Source: Anaerolineae bacterium (GTDB lineage: Bacteria; Chloroflexota; Anaerolineae; B4-G1; SLSP01). From it: DNA of 64,000 bases. Every line of letters begins with the position of its first letter. The first letter of the stretch is position 1. Made by a program: the position numbers and the translations under genes. Shown here one piece after another: positions 1-10,209 of this stretch. Location: contig DAOTXC010000120.1 of the NCBI GenBank assembly GCA_034435555.1, positions 3,132-67,131 on the forward strand, written 5' to 3'. The notes under the pieces were generated by a model. That model did no database searches. It was not told the DNA's origin and saw nothing but the letters and a program-made list of their open reading frames with translations.

Positions 1-3
1 GCG

Positions 4-228
4 GTGACAGTGGTACTCGACAGCGGGGAGGCGCTCGCCGGCGACCTCGTGCGCAGCCAATGGTTGATCGTACCCCGCCCAGCGGCGCGGCCCTTCGTGG
101 CCTGGGATCTCGAGCGCAACGCGGCGAGCGTCCGCGCGCTGCTGGCGCGCCAACCGACGCGCATCCACGTGAGCCACGGGGGGCCTTTCGTCCCTGCCGA
201 TCTGGAAAAGCCGCACCTGACGCAATGA
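4..228 (+). CDS. 3' fragment of an unidentified gene entering from upstream of the window (hypothetical)
   Basis: ORF open to the window edge (GTG at position 4 is probably internal). No recognisable motif. GC-rich genomes produce many spurious ORFs of this size. Confidence 0.2.
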   Translation: MTVVLDSGEALAGDLVRSQWLIVPRPAARPFVAWDLERNAASVRALLARQPTRIHVSHGGPFVPADLEKPHLTQ

Positions 229-279
229 AAACGCCGCCCTCAATGCGAGGGTGGCGCGATTCAGCCAAAAGGGGACACG

Positions 280-2145
280 CTAGAGTTCGCCGCTGCGCAA
301 GCCCGTCACTTCAAAGAGCAAATCGGGTTCGCTGTGGCCCTTAACGTGGATGTACCCCAGTTCTTGGACCACCACCTCATCCCGCAACCGCTCGTAAGCC
401 AAATCGTTGATAAAAATCTTCCCCGGCCCGGCCTGATCCTGGAAGCGGGAGGCCAGATTGACGCTATCGCCGACGGCGGTGTAGTTCTGCAAGCGGGTCG
501 AGCCGATGTTGCCCACAACTGCCGAGCCGGTGACGATGCTCACGCCGAAACTCAGCCGATAGTCCGGCGGCAGCTCGTGATGGAGCTCCCTGACCCAGTT
601 CCGAATCTTGAGCGCCGCGCGCACTGCCCGTAACGAATGATCGGGTTGGGAGAGCGGCGCGTTGAAGATCGCCATCACCGCATCGCCGACGAACTTATCG
701 AGCGTGCCCTCTTCGGAGAGGACGGCCTCCGCCGCGCGGTCGAGGTGGCGGTTGAGGACATCAATCAGCACCTCCGGCACGCAGTTTTCGCTAAAGGAGG
801 TGAAGCCGCGAATGTCGGCAAAGAGGATCGAGACCTCCTGGCGCACACCGCCCAGCCGGACGCTGGTGGGATCGGAGAGCAGCTTCTCCACCACCTGCGG
901 CGGCACGTAACGCTCGAAGGTGCCGCGCACCTGCCGCATCTGCTCCTCCAGCTGCCGCCGCTCGGTGAGATCGTCCACAACGATGGCGATGCCGGTCGTG
1001 TTTTCATGGTTGTCCTTGAGCGGGCTGAGGTGCAATTGCAACACCACCTTCCCCCGCCCCGGCAAAGTAGGGTTCACCTCATGGCCCACGACCAACCTGT
1101 TTTCGCTTTTGACGGTATTGACCAGCGGTTCCAGGCTTATCCCCAGGGCAGGCAACGCGGTGGTATAGAGAATCCCCACCGTATCCTCGGCCTTCACCCC
1201 CAGGATGCGCTCCGCGGCGCGGTTCAGGATGGTGACCATATCCTCAATGTCGGTGGTGATGACGCCGCTGGCGATGCTGGCGAAGATGTTGTCCATGTAA
1301 TTCTTCATCTCCGCGATGGCGTCACGCTGCTGCTTGACGTCGGCGAAGAGGCGCGCGTTGTCAACGGCGATGGCGGCCTGCCCGGCCAGGGCCATCAAGA
1401 GCTTCTCATCATCGGCGGTGAAGATGGCGCGCTCTTCCAATCGCCCCAACACGACGAAGCCCAAAATGCGCTCGCGGGTCTTGAGCGGCGCGCAGAGGAT
1501 AAAGGCCACCGGCGTGATGGCATCGGTCAGCTGCGCAGCCGTGAGGATGCGAGGCTGTCCATCCTGCAACGCCTCCAGGAAGCAGCCCTTGGACATCTCC
1601 ACAAGATGGGTCAAGATATCTTCGCCGAAACCCGAACGGAGAATCAGGGTTTGCAGATCATCAAATAAGAACACAGCGCCACCATCCGCCTGGATCACGC
1701 GCACCGCCTCTTCCAGAACCAGATGGGGGATTTCATCGGTATCGAGGCTCGCGCTGATGGTCTCGCCGATGTTGTAGAGCAGGTTGATCTCCCGGTAGCG
1801 TTCCAGCGTCTCCTGGGCCAACGAGCGGCCCTCGGAGGCGCGCTCCATGATCTGTTGGAGCGCATCGGCCAACACGCGCAGCGCCGGTTCCGCGACGGGG
1901 GCGGACAGTCCCGGCCCTTGCGCCCTCAACACGCCCAACTGGTAGGCATCAACGCGCAGGGGCAAAGAGAGCGACGTGGCTGATGCCTCCGGCGACAACG
2001 CCTCGCCGACCTTGATCAAGGTGCGCCCCTCGATATCTTCCAATGCCAGTGCAATCCCCGGAGCAATCTCCAGAAAATCCTGGAGCAGTTTTTTGGTCTT
2101 GCGCCCACTCAACAACCGTCTCAGCGAGATGGATGGTTGCGCCAT
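280..2145 (-). CDS. GAF/PAS-domain class III adenylate/guanylate cyclase
   Basis: C-terminal cyclase homology domain (FADIRGFTSFSE ... FVGDAVMAIFNAP ... GSTRLQNYTAVGDSVNLASRF). N-terminal GAF-like region followed by a PAS-like segment. Stop is 20 nt downstream of the upstream HK gene. Confidence 0.85.
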   Translation of the reverse strand: MAQPSISLRRLLSGRKTKKLLQDFLEIAPGIALALEDIEGRTLIKVGEALSPEASATSLSLPLRVDAYQLGVLRAQGPGLSAPVAEPALRVLADALQQIMERASEGRSLAQETLERYREINLLYNIGETISASLDTDEIPHLVLEEAVRVIQADGGAVFLFDDLQTLILRSGFGEDILTHLVEMSKGCFLEALQDGQPRILTAAQLTDAITPVAFILCAPLKTRERILGFVVLGRLEERAIFTADDEKLLMALAGQAAIAVDNARLFADVKQQRDAIAEMKNYMDNIFASIASGVITTDIEDMVTILNRAAERILGVKAEDTVGILYTTALPALGISLEPLVNTVKSENRLVVGHEVNPTLPGRGKVVLQLHLSPLKDNHENTTGIAIVVDDLTERRQLEEQMRQVRGTFERYVPPQVVEKLLSDPTSVRLGGVRQEVSILFADIRGFTSFSENCVPEVLIDVLNRHLDRAAEAVLSEEGTLDKFVGDAVMAIFNAPLSQPDHSLRAVRAALKIRNWVRELHHELPPDYRLSFGVSIVTGSAVVGNIGSTRLQNYTAVGDSVNLASRFQDQAGPGKIFINDLAYERLRDEVVVQELGYIHVKGHSEPDLLFEVTGLRSGEL

Positions 2146-2165
2146 ATCCTTGCCTCCCCTTTTAT

Positions 2166-5100
2166 CTATCTCATAACCTCGAGGCGCTCACCAGCAGGCG
2201 AGGTTTCGCCCAACAGCACCACGATGGTACGATTTTGTGTTGAATCGTGAAAACGATACGCCCGCACCACGTCGCCATCCGTGTACAATTGCGCCAACAT
2301 CTCTTGCACCACCGCAGTATCCTCCAAAGGCACATCGCTGTCCAGCAGCGCCCCGCGCGGATCGTATCCCTGGACGACTTCGAAGCCTTGTTGGCCCAAG
2401 GCGCGGGTGATGAGCTCCATCGCAGAATGTTGCTCCAGGGAAGCAATCAGAGGCAGGCGCTGCGGCGCGCGCGCCAGCAACGCGGCTATTGCTGTCAACA
2501 GGTGTTCAGTATCCACAGGTTTGGTCAAGTAGGCATCGGCCCCCAGCGAAAGCCCCAGAGGACGATCTTCGATGATGGAGAGTACCAGGATGGGGATATT
2601 GGCGGTGAGCGTGTCGGACTTCAGAACTCGCAATACGTCAAAGCCCGAAAGGTCGGGCATCATAATATCGAGCAGGATCAACGCCGGGCGATGCGAGCGC
2701 GCCATCATCAGGGCTTCGGCGCCGGTGGACGCCGTGATGATTTGATAACCAACCTGCGAAAGCTCCTGCGCCAGCAGCGAACGGATGGAGGCTTCGTCAT
2801 CCACGATCAACACGAGCGGCAACACCTCCTCCAGAGGCGGCAGCGGGCCAGTGAGGCCGCGCGGGCGCGCCTCCACCGCAATTGAGGGAGCTTCCTCCAC
2901 GATGCGCATCGCCGGCTCTATCGGCAGCGTGAAATTGAAGCGCGAGCCTTCCCCTAGCACCGAATCCACCCAAATCGCACCCTTGTAATGCGCGACGATC
3001 TCCTGACAGATTGCCAATCCCAATCCTGTGCCCTTGGGCTTCTCGGTCAAGGTATCGGTGGCGAGCTGTTGGAAGCGCCGGAAAATGCGGAGCCGATCCT
3101 GCTCCACAATGCCGCTGCCGGTATCGGCCACCGTCACCAAAACCCCACCACGCGCCGGGGTTTGCCACCCGTGGAGCTCCTCGCCTGGTGCGAGCAAGCG
3201 GATGGAGACACGCACCTGCCCCTCCGCCGTAAATTTGATCGCATTGGACAAGAGGTTATCAAGCACCTGCCGGATGCGCACCGGGTCGGCCACAATGGGC
3301 GGCAGAGGCGCTGCTGGCGGATCAAAGAGCAGGGTGAGGCCCTTCTGCTGCGCCTGAACGCGCCGACGTTCGAGCGCCCGCTCGATGAGCACCGGCAATT
3401 CAAAGGGGTGATCCTGCCATTCGATCTTGCCCGCCTCCATCTTGGCGATATCGAGCACATCGTTGATCAGATCGGTGAGACGCTCGCCCTCGGTGAGGAT
3501 GATCGCCAGGTTGTCGTAGATGCGACGCGCGGCGCGCTGGACGTTGTGCTCACCGTCGGAGAGGGCGGGGAAGACATCGCGCTCGAAGGTGCGATGGATC
3601 AGCTTGGCGAACCCCAGCACCGAGGTCAATGGGGTCCGCAACTCGTGCGAGACGGTTGAGATGAACTCGGTCTTCATCCAGTCAATCTCTTTTTCGTAGG
3701 TGACGTCGCGCAGGATTGTGACCACGCCAATCAGCCGGTCGCGATCAACGATAGCCGCCGAGGAGGCTTTGAAGATGCAGTCCTTGGAGAAAGGAATCTC
3801 AGCCATAAAAGTCGAATCCGGCACGTCGAGCGTGTTGTGGATGAGTTCGCGGAGCTCCGACCTGGCGACGATGGCGCTCAGGGGTTGTCCGATCAACGTA
3901 CTGGCCGACCGCTCGAACATGCTCTCAAAGGCGGGGTTGACCAACAAAATATGATCCTGCGGATCGGTCACAATCAGGCCATCGGCGATATTGAAGAGGA
4001 TAGCGTCGAGCTTGCTCTTGTCCTCGGCGATACTGTGCGCCATCAATGCGAGCTCGTCGGCCCGCCGTTGCGCCGTGCGATAGAGGCGGGCGTTATGCAG
4101 CGCGGCAGCGATGTAGGCCCCAAAGGTCTCCGCACCTTTGACGTCAACGGAGGTGTAGAAATTCGGCTCGTGCTTATCGAGTGTAAGCAGGCCGATGCTC
4201 TGTCCCTGAACGACCAGCGGAACGCCGATCCAGGCCCGAATCTTGCCCGCCCCTTCGACATCGTCCCGCTTGCTGCCCCAGATTGGCTCGCGCTGCACAT
4301 CCGCGACCATCCGCACCTTGCCGGAGCGCATCACCTGGTAGCCTAAATTTTTCTCATTGGGCGAGAAGCTCTTGCCCACCACAGCCTCCGGATCGCGGAA
4401 GCCACGGGCCGCCACAATAGTGATGGTTTCGCTATCTTCGGTGAGCATGATGGAGGCGCTGTCGTATTCGATAATCTCAGCGATTTGCGCGAGCGCCAAA
4501 TCGAAGACCTCATCCAAATCGAGGGTAGAGACGAGCAGTTGCGCCAACCGCGCCAGGCTGGTGACCTGGAGCCGCTGCTCCTCGGCCTCGCGGTAGAGCT
4601 GCGCGTTGTGGATGGCGATGGCCGCCTGAGTCGCAACCGCGGAGAGAATTCGCACATCGCGCTCGGTGAAGGCATCGAGCTGTTGCGCCTCCACGTTGAA
4701 GACGCCGATCAACTTCCCGCTGGCGACCATAGGAACGGCTAGATCGGAACAGGTCGTATCATCAACGGGGATGTAGCCCTCGCACGCCTGCACATTCGGC
4801 ACCGATGACGGTTCACCCGTCGCTGCGACACGCCCGATGATCCCCTCCCCCACTTGCAGGCGCGTCTCTATGGAGACAGAATCGATGTATGCGGCGCGCG
4901 CGGCGATATAGAGATCGCCACGCTCAGGGTCAAGCAGGAAGATGACAGAGTTGCGATAGCCAAAGGTCTCCTCCACGTTCCGAATCAGCCCCTGGAGCAG
5001 CTGGTCGACATCCAGAATCGAGCCGAGGGTGCTGGAGACGTGCTGCAAGGCCACTAATTCGCGGCGCTCCCGCTCTAGCTGGCTTTGTTCCGCGGCGATT

Positions 5101-6317
5101 TTATCCAACAGCGCGTTGAAGGCCCGCACCAAATCGCCGACCTCATCTTGCGAAAAGACGTTGAGCTTATCCAGCTGCGGACCGGTTTCCTGAGCGAGCT
5201 GTTTGAGGCGATAGGTCACGTACTTGATGTCGCGGGTGAGATCATCGGCAACATAGTAATTGACCAGGAATGATAACCCCAGAATCCCCAATACAAAGAA
5301 GCCGTAAACCCAGATCACGGTCCGCACCAGCGGCAACATCAGCGGGTCAATCTGATAGACAAAGACCAATTGCCAGCCTTCTGGATGTCTGGCAATTGGA
5401 ACGACCAGCGCCTCACCGTTAAAGAGAGGTTGCACTCCTAGATGCAACGTTGTCGTATCGAACTGGGTAGCAAAAGCGGGCAGTCCACCACCCAGCGCCA
5501 TACCCTGCTTATCCACAATAAAGGCGTATCCCTCGCCATTCATTTTCAAATCGGAAACATAGGCCAATAGCGAAGCATCATCCAGATAAATCGCAAGGTC
5601 GTCCGAGATGCTGCGCCCCAATAAGGCGTACTTACTCCGCAGACCCTCACGGACGCTGGAGACAATCAAGTGGTAGCCTATCACGCCAAGAAAGCCGGAG
5701 ACAAGGAGGGTCAAGATGACCGAGGTGATGAATTGTCGCGTGCGAATTGCAAAGCGGAGGTCTTGGTTATCTTCCAACTCATAATCGGCAGTCACCACGA
5801 GCACATTGACCAAGATACGGCGCGCCAGGATCGAAATAACCAGCGAGGCGCACATGGCGGCAAGCACGGTCAGAATGGTGGAGGGAAAGTGACGGGAGAA
5901 ATAATAGCCCTGGATAAAGAAATGGCCCAGGATGTCGGCTGTGGTGGCAACAACCGCCACAGCCAACGGGGGGATATACAAAAAGCGCAGCGGCACCATA
6001 AAGGCAAGCCGCCGCGCGCGGGACGCTAATTCCAATGGGGGCGCAGTGGATTGCGCCAGATGATCCGCCAGCTGCGTAATCGGACGCAGGTAATAGTAGA
6101 GCCAGAACAGCAGCACCGCGATGACCAACGGGGTATACAGCACATAGTTCAAGCGCCCCATCGCTGCCAGTTCGGGAGGCATAGCACTCACGATAGGATT
6201 GATGAACATTAACAGCGCTGCGGCCCCCACAGCACTAAGCGTCACCAAGACCATCAGGTAGCGGCGCACATATCTTATCTCAGGATCCACAGCCACCTCC
6301 TCCCGCACACCAGACAA
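2166..6317 (-). CDS. Hybrid sensor histidine kinase (TM sensor, HAMP, GAF x2-3, PAS, HisKA-HATPase, two receiver domains)
   Basis: 1383 aa. N-terminal TM segments. GAF-like blocks. H-box SHELRTPL. HATPase motifs DTGSGI / GTGLGL. Two C-terminal REC domains (LIVDDEASIRSLL ... LDIMMPDLSGFD). Confidence 0.85.
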   Translation of the reverse strand: MSGVREEVAVDPEIRYVRRYLMVLVTLSAVGAAALLMFINPIVSAMPPELAAMGRLNYVLYTPLVIAVLLFWLYYYLRPITQLADHLAQSTAPPLELASRARRLAFMVPLRFLYIPPLAVAVVATTADILGHFFIQGYYFSRHFPSTILTVLAAMCASLVISILARRILVNVLVVTADYELEDNQDLRFAIRTRQFITSVILTLLVSGFLGVIGYHLIVSSVREGLRSKYALLGRSISDDLAIYLDDASLLAYVSDLKMNGEGYAFIVDKQGMALGGGLPAFATQFDTTTLHLGVQPLFNGEALVVPIARHPEGWQLVFVYQIDPLMLPLVRTVIWVYGFFVLGILGLSFLVNYYVADDLTRDIKYVTYRLKQLAQETGPQLDKLNVFSQDEVGDLVRAFNALLDKIAAEQSQLERERRELVALQHVSSTLGSILDVDQLLQGLIRNVEETFGYRNSVIFLLDPERGDLYIAARAAYIDSVSIETRLQVGEGIIGRVAATGEPSSVPNVQACEGYIPVDDTTCSDLAVPMVASGKLIGVFNVEAQQLDAFTERDVRILSAVATQAAIAIHNAQLYREAEEQRLQVTSLARLAQLLVSTLDLDEVFDLALAQIAEIIEYDSASIMLTEDSETITIVAARGFRDPEAVVGKSFSPNEKNLGYQVMRSGKVRMVADVQREPIWGSKRDDVEGAGKIRAWIGVPLVVQGQSIGLLTLDKHEPNFYTSVDVKGAETFGAYIAAALHNARLYRTAQRRADELALMAHSIAEDKSKLDAILFNIADGLIVTDPQDHILLVNPAFESMFERSASTLIGQPLSAIVARSELRELIHNTLDVPDSTFMAEIPFSKDCIFKASSAAIVDRDRLIGVVTILRDVTYEKEIDWMKTEFISTVSHELRTPLTSVLGFAKLIHRTFERDVFPALSDGEHNVQRAARRIYDNLAIILTEGERLTDLINDVLDIAKMEAGKIEWQDHPFELPVLIERALERRRVQAQQKGLTLLFDPPAAPLPPIVADPVRIRQVLDNLLSNAIKFTAEGQVRVSIRLLAPGEELHGWQTPARGGVLVTVADTGSGIVEQDRLRIFRRFQQLATDTLTEKPKGTGLGLAICQEIVAHYKGAIWVDSVLGEGSRFNFTLPIEPAMRIVEEAPSIAVEARPRGLTGPLPPLEEVLPLVLIVDDEASIRSLLAQELSQVGYQIITASTGAEALMMARSHRPALILLDIMMPDLSGFDVLRVLKSDTLTANIPILVLSIIEDRPLGLSLGADAYLTKPVDTEHLLTAIAALLARAPQRLPLIASLEQHSAMELITRALGQQGFEVVQGYDPRGALLDSDVPLEDTAVVQEMLAQLYTDGDVVRAYRFHDSTQNRTIVVLLGETSPAGERLEVMR

Positions 6318-6333
6318 TCACGTCACGCAGGCC

Positions 6334-6720
6334 CTAGAACAGCTCCACCCCCAGAATTTCCGCGGCGCGCTCCAAAATATAATCGGGATCGAACGGCTTG
6401 GTCACATACTCATCGGCCCCTACTTTTGAGCCTTGTTCCTTATCCACCGCCTGCCCCTTCGCCGTCAACAGGATCACATAGATCTGCGCATCCAGCTGTT
6501 TGACCTGCTCGCAGACCTCGTAACCGCTGAGCTTGGGCATCATCACATCCAGGAAGATCAGGTTTGGGTGCTCAGCCTCTACCAGGTCGAGGGCCTCCTG
6601 CCCATCAACGGCCTGAAGCAATTCCACCCCCTCTTCCTCTAGCTCCTCCAACGTCTGTGAGAGCAAGACACGGATAAAAGCCTCATCATCAACAATCAAC
6701 ACCTTTTTAACTTCGTTCAT
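6334..6720 (-). CDS. CheY-like single-domain response regulator
   Basis: 128 aa. KVLIVDDEAFIRVLL ... LDVMMPKLSGYEV ... LTAKGQ receiver-domain signature. First gene of the RR/HK/cyclase operon. Confidence 0.85.
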   Translation of the reverse strand: MNEVKKVLIVDDEAFIRVLLSQTLEELEEEGVELLQAVDGQEALDLVEAEHPNLIFLDVMMPKLSGYEVCEQVKQLDAQIYVILLTAKGQAVDKEQGSKVGADEYVTKPFDPDYILERAAEILGVELF

Positions 6721-6825
6721 TCTGACCTCCCCTTACAGTCCGCTATGGGTTCCCTGCGGTTCAATGAAACTTTAGCACGCTCTTGACGAATGTCAAGATA
6801 ACGCCAATGGATATAATCTCGTGTC

Positions 6826-6853
6826 TTGACGTTCACGGCGCTTATGATACAAT
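6826..6853 (+). promoter_or_regulatory. sigma70-like promoter candidate TTGACG-N16-TACAAT upstream of the EF-G gene
   Basis: Read directly from sequence. About 100-nt leader to the ATG at 6962. A second TCTTGAC palindrome lies at 6781-6798. Confidence 0.3.
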
Positions 6854-6961
6854 AGCTTTGATCTGGAAGAAGTTGTTTGCATAAGGCCCGGGCCTCGAGC
6901 GGCACACTCGCTTCGAGGCATTTTTGTTGCTACACGGCCTAAGCCAAGGATTGAGGGGAAG

Positions 6962-9082
6962 ATGAGTAAGAAAAAAGAAGCACCAATCAACAAAGTACGC
7001 ATCATTGGGATTTTTGCCCACGTGGATGCAGGAAAGACGACGACTACTGAGTCAATTTTATACTACACCGGGCGGATTCACCGCGCCGGCAACATTGACG
7101 ATGGCAACACCCAAATGGACTTCATGGAGCAGGAGCGCGAGCGCGGCATCACTATCATGTCGGCAGCGACCGCCTGCCACTGGGAAGGCCACCGCATCAA
7201 CATCATTGATACGCCCGGCCACATTGACTTCACCGCCGAGGTAATCCGCTCCATCCGCGTCATTGACGGCGCGGTGATGATCCTCTGCGGCGTCGGCGGC
7301 GTGGAACCACAGACCGAGGCGGTCTGGCTCCACGCCAACACGGAGCGCCTGCCGCGCCTCATCTTCGTGAACAAGCTCGACCGCGTCGGCGCGGATTTCG
7401 AGCGCGTACTCGGCGAGATCCACGAGCGGCTCTCGCCCAATGCCATCCCCATCACGTTGCCCGTAGGCACAGAAGAAGATTTCAGCGGCATCGTGGATCT
7501 GCTGCACGAACGGGCGCTCACCTGGCAGCCCGGCGAGGATGATCCCACCGTTGGTCCTATCCCGGAGGAGATGGCCGACGCCGTCGCCGCCGCGCGCGAG
7601 CGGCTGATTGATGCCATCTGCGAGACCGACGAAGCCCTGCTGCTCCAACGGCTTGAGGGCGAGGAAATTGACGCGGCAACGCTCCAGGCCGCGCTGCGCA
7701 CCGCCACCATCAGCAGCGACCTGATCCCCGTGCTCTGCGGCACGAGTCGCAACCGCATCGGCGTGCAACCGCTGCTGGATGCCATCATCACTTACCTCCC
7801 CGCCCCAACCGACATGCCGCCGGTGCTCGGCCATAATCCATTCAAAGAAGCAGAGATCATCGAGCGGCCTGATGATCCCACCGCCCCCTTCTGCGCCTCC
7901 GCCTTCAAAATTGTCACCGACCCACACGTCGGCCACCTCACCTGGGTGCGCGTCTTCTCCGGGCAGATGAGTGCAGGCGACACGGTTTACAATCCGCGCA
8001 CCGACGAGACCGAGCGCATCGGTCGCATCTACCGGATGCACGCCAACCGCCGCGAGCAGGTGGACACGATGTCCGCCAGCGATGTGGTGGCGATCGTCGG
8101 CATCAAAGAGGCGCTCACCGGCGATACACTCTGCGATCCTGAGCGCCCCATCACGCTGGAGCACTTCCACTTCCCGGAGCCGGTCATCGCCGTGGCCCTC
8201 GCACCTAGCGCGACGAAAGAGCGCGAGAAGCTCCATCAGGCCGTCATCCGCCTCTGCGATGAGGATCCGACGCTCGTGCAACAGGTGGATGCCGAGACGG
8301 GTGAGCTCACCCTCGCAGGGATGGGCGAGCTGCATCTGGAAGTGACCATTGACCGGCTGCGGAGCGAGTTCGGGCTGCGGCCACAGGCCAGCTCGCCACA
8401 GGTCTCCTACCGCGAGACCGTGCGCCGCCCCGTCACCCTGAAGACCACCTACAAGAAGCAGAGTGGCGGCCACGGGCACTTCGCCGAGGTCGAAATGGCT
8501 ATCGAGCCGTTGGCCCCTGAGGAGGCCGAAGAGGCGAAAGAAGGCGTCTATTTTGTCAGCGCAGCGCCGCCTGCAGATTTGCCGCGCGAGTTCTGGCGGC
8601 CCACGGAGCTGGGACTGCGACGGGCGCTGGCCCAGGGCGTGATCGCCGGCTTCCCGGTACAACAGGTCAAAGTCACGCTGACCGACGGGCGCATCCACGA
8701 GGTGGACTCCGCCAGCATGGACTTCGAGATCTGCGGCGGTATGGCGGCGCGCCAACTGGTGCGCGCAGGTCAGCCCGCCCTGCTCGAACCCATCATGCGG
8801 ATTGACATCAACGTCCCGGAGGAGTACGTGGGCAACATCGTGGCCGACATCGGGCGGCGGCGCGGGCAGGTGAACGCGATGCGCGTGCGCGGGCAACTGC
8901 GTAACGTTGATGGCGAAGTGCCCCTCGCAGAAGCACGGGGCTACGCCACTACCCTGCGCAGCATGACACAGGGACGCGGCACCTTCACGTTGGAGTTCAA
9001 GCGCTACGACGTCGTTCCCGATGAGATCGCCGAGGAGGTCATCGCCGAGCGCAAGGCCGCCGGGAAGATACCGGAGCGGTAA
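6962..9082 (+). CDS. fusA: Elongation factor G (stand-alone paralog, EF-G2-like)
   Basis: G1 motif AHVDAGKTTTTE. DTPGHIDF. NKLDR. Full five-domain length of 706 aa. Not flanked by rpsL/rpsG/tuf, so probably the second EF-G copy. Confidence 0.9.
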   Translation: MSKKKEAPINKVRIIGIFAHVDAGKTTTTESILYYTGRIHRAGNIDDGNTQMDFMEQERERGITIMSAATACHWEGHRINIIDTPGHIDFTAEVIRSIRVIDGAVMILCGVGGVEPQTEAVWLHANTERLPRLIFVNKLDRVGADFERVLGEIHERLSPNAIPITLPVGTEEDFSGIVDLLHERALTWQPGEDDPTVGPIPEEMADAVAAARERLIDAICETDEALLLQRLEGEEIDAATLQAALRTATISSDLIPVLCGTSRNRIGVQPLLDAIITYLPAPTDMPPVLGHNPFKEAEIIERPDDPTAPFCASAFKIVTDPHVGHLTWVRVFSGQMSAGDTVYNPRTDETERIGRIYRMHANRREQVDTMSASDVVAIVGIKEALTGDTLCDPERPITLEHFHFPEPVIAVALAPSATKEREKLHQAVIRLCDEDPTLVQQVDAETGELTLAGMGELHLEVTIDRLRSEFGLRPQASSPQVSYRETVRRPVTLKTTYKKQSGGHGHFAEVEMAIEPLAPEEAEEAKEGVYFVSAAPPADLPREFWRPTELGLRRALAQGVIAGFPVQQVKVTLTDGRIHEVDSASMDFEICGGMAARQLVRAGQPALLEPIMRIDINVPEEYVGNIVADIGRRRGQVNAMRVRGQLRNVDGEVPLAEARGYATTLRSMTQGRGTFTLEFKRYDVVPDEIAEEVIAERKAAGKIPER

Positions 9083-9110
9083 ATAACCTCGATCAACAAG
9101 GATAAATGAC

Positions 9111-9151
9111 CACAGATAACAAACGAACGACCACTTAATTGTGGTCGTTCG
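9111..9151 (-). terminator. Hairpin terminator (11-bp perfect stem CGAACGACCAC/GTGGTCGTTCG, loop TTAATT) with U-tract on the minus-strand side
   Basis: Inverted repeat at 9124-9134 / 9141-9151. On the minus strand it is followed by UUUGUUAUCUG. It lies between the convergent EF-G and PIN genes. Confidence 0.45.
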
Positions 9152-9254
9152 CTCATGGTCAGCGGGCTACCATACAGAGAACAACTTGCGTTAAACTAAA
9201 TTGCGCCATGCAGCGTGCGGGGGTACAATAGACCCGAACTCGCAGAATGCACCT

Positions 9255-9788
9255 TTACAACAGCTCGTCCAGCGTCTCAATAGGGGAACGATACCCTACC
9301 CTCAGCAATTGATGCAAGAGGGCATTACCTTCCGCCAAAGAAAGATACCCTTCATGAATCAAGCGCACGAGAATACCAATGGTACCGGTCAGGCGCACAT
9401 TTAGGCGGATTGCGGCGCGACGCGCTGCAAGATCATCACTGGCGAGCACCCAGCCATGATGCGCGGCCAACGCCAGGCACGCAGCTTCGCCGGAATCCAG
9501 CGCGTCTAGCAGCTGCAGATAACACGCTTGTTCGGCGGGAGTTTCCAGCGTCACAATTTCCAACCATCCTATCCCTATCGGGGGCGCAAAAGCCTGCTCG
9601 ACCTGGCGAAGAATACCATAGCCGGCAGTTAAACCACGCCGGACCTCTTCAACTACAGGCAGGGTAGTGCAGGCCCAACCTTCATAAAGTTTCTGGAGCA
9701 AAGGCAGACAAGCAATGAGAGCAAAATTAGAGAGAACAGTGGTATCGAATACTACAGTGGATGCAGGTTCAGGCGTTGTAGACATCAT
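9255..9788 (-). CDS. PIN-domain protein (DUF3368-like), putative toxin of a UPF0175/PIN pair
   Basis: N-terminal VVFDTTVLSNFA acidic PIN-like motif. Its start overlaps the stop of the upstream UPF0175-like gene. Confidence 0.55.
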   Translation of the reverse strand: MMSTTPEPASTVVFDTTVLSNFALIACLPLLQKLYEGWACTTLPVVEEVRRGLTAGYGILRQVEQAFAPPIGIGWLEIVTLETPAEQACYLQLLDALDSGEAACLALAAHHGWVLASDDLAARRAAIRLNVRLTGTIGILVRLIHEGYLSLAEGNALLHQLLRVGYRSPIETLDELL

Positions 9789-10083
9789 CTTGCAGTTCGG
9801 CGATGTGTTGAGGGCCTAGAGGGATAGTATAGCCACTCTCGCGGAGCAGGTCCTTGAACTCCTCCTGAGAAAGTCCCAGGAGCGACGCAGCGCGTCCAAG
9901 GCTGATATCGCCGTGGTCGTAGGCGCTGATGACCATCTTCTGGCGAGTTTGGGGATGGAGCTGAAACAAAGCGCGTAGGGCGCTGCGCAGGGCCGCTTGC
10001 ATGTCAGGATATTGGCCACTCTTTACCAGGTATTCGAGCTCCCAACTACCCTCGATTACTTGTGTGGGATTGCTCAATTCCAT
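9769..10083 (-). CDS. UPF0175-family protein, putative antitoxin partner
   Basis: ISLGRAASLLGLSQEEFKDLLRESGY motif typical of UPF0175. Start moved to ATG at 10083, which has an SD (AAGGAG) 6 nt upstream. The longer ORF from the track has no RBS. Confidence 0.5.
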   Translation of the reverse strand: MELSNPTQVIEGSWELEYLVKSGQYPDMQAALRSALRALFQLHPQTRQKMVISAYDHGDISLGRAASLLGLSQEEFKDLLRESGYTIPLGPQHIAELQDDVYNA

Positions 10084-10209
10084 CTCAACTCCTTGGCATA
10101 ATGTTTCTGTACTTGATTTTATTATACTCGAATAGCATATTTTAGAAAAGACTGCGGAGATCATGGGCCGTGGTCTGCAATCAAGAAAATTTCGAGAAAG
10201 GAGCACTTC

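Noticed and set aside
637-1668. Long antisense ORFs (e.g. 637-1668+, 7058-8896-, 16124-17299-, 19693-20859+, 21908-22852+, 22958-24484+, 25247-26350-, 35075-36259-, 38647-39363-, 41593-43299+, 47541-48296+, 52402-53259+, 53458-54717-, 55104-56132-)
   Set aside because: Each lies entirely inside and opposite to a gene with strong family motifs. High GC content suppresses stop codons on the antisense strand. The translated products are low-complexity Arg/Ala/Gly-rich with no motifs.
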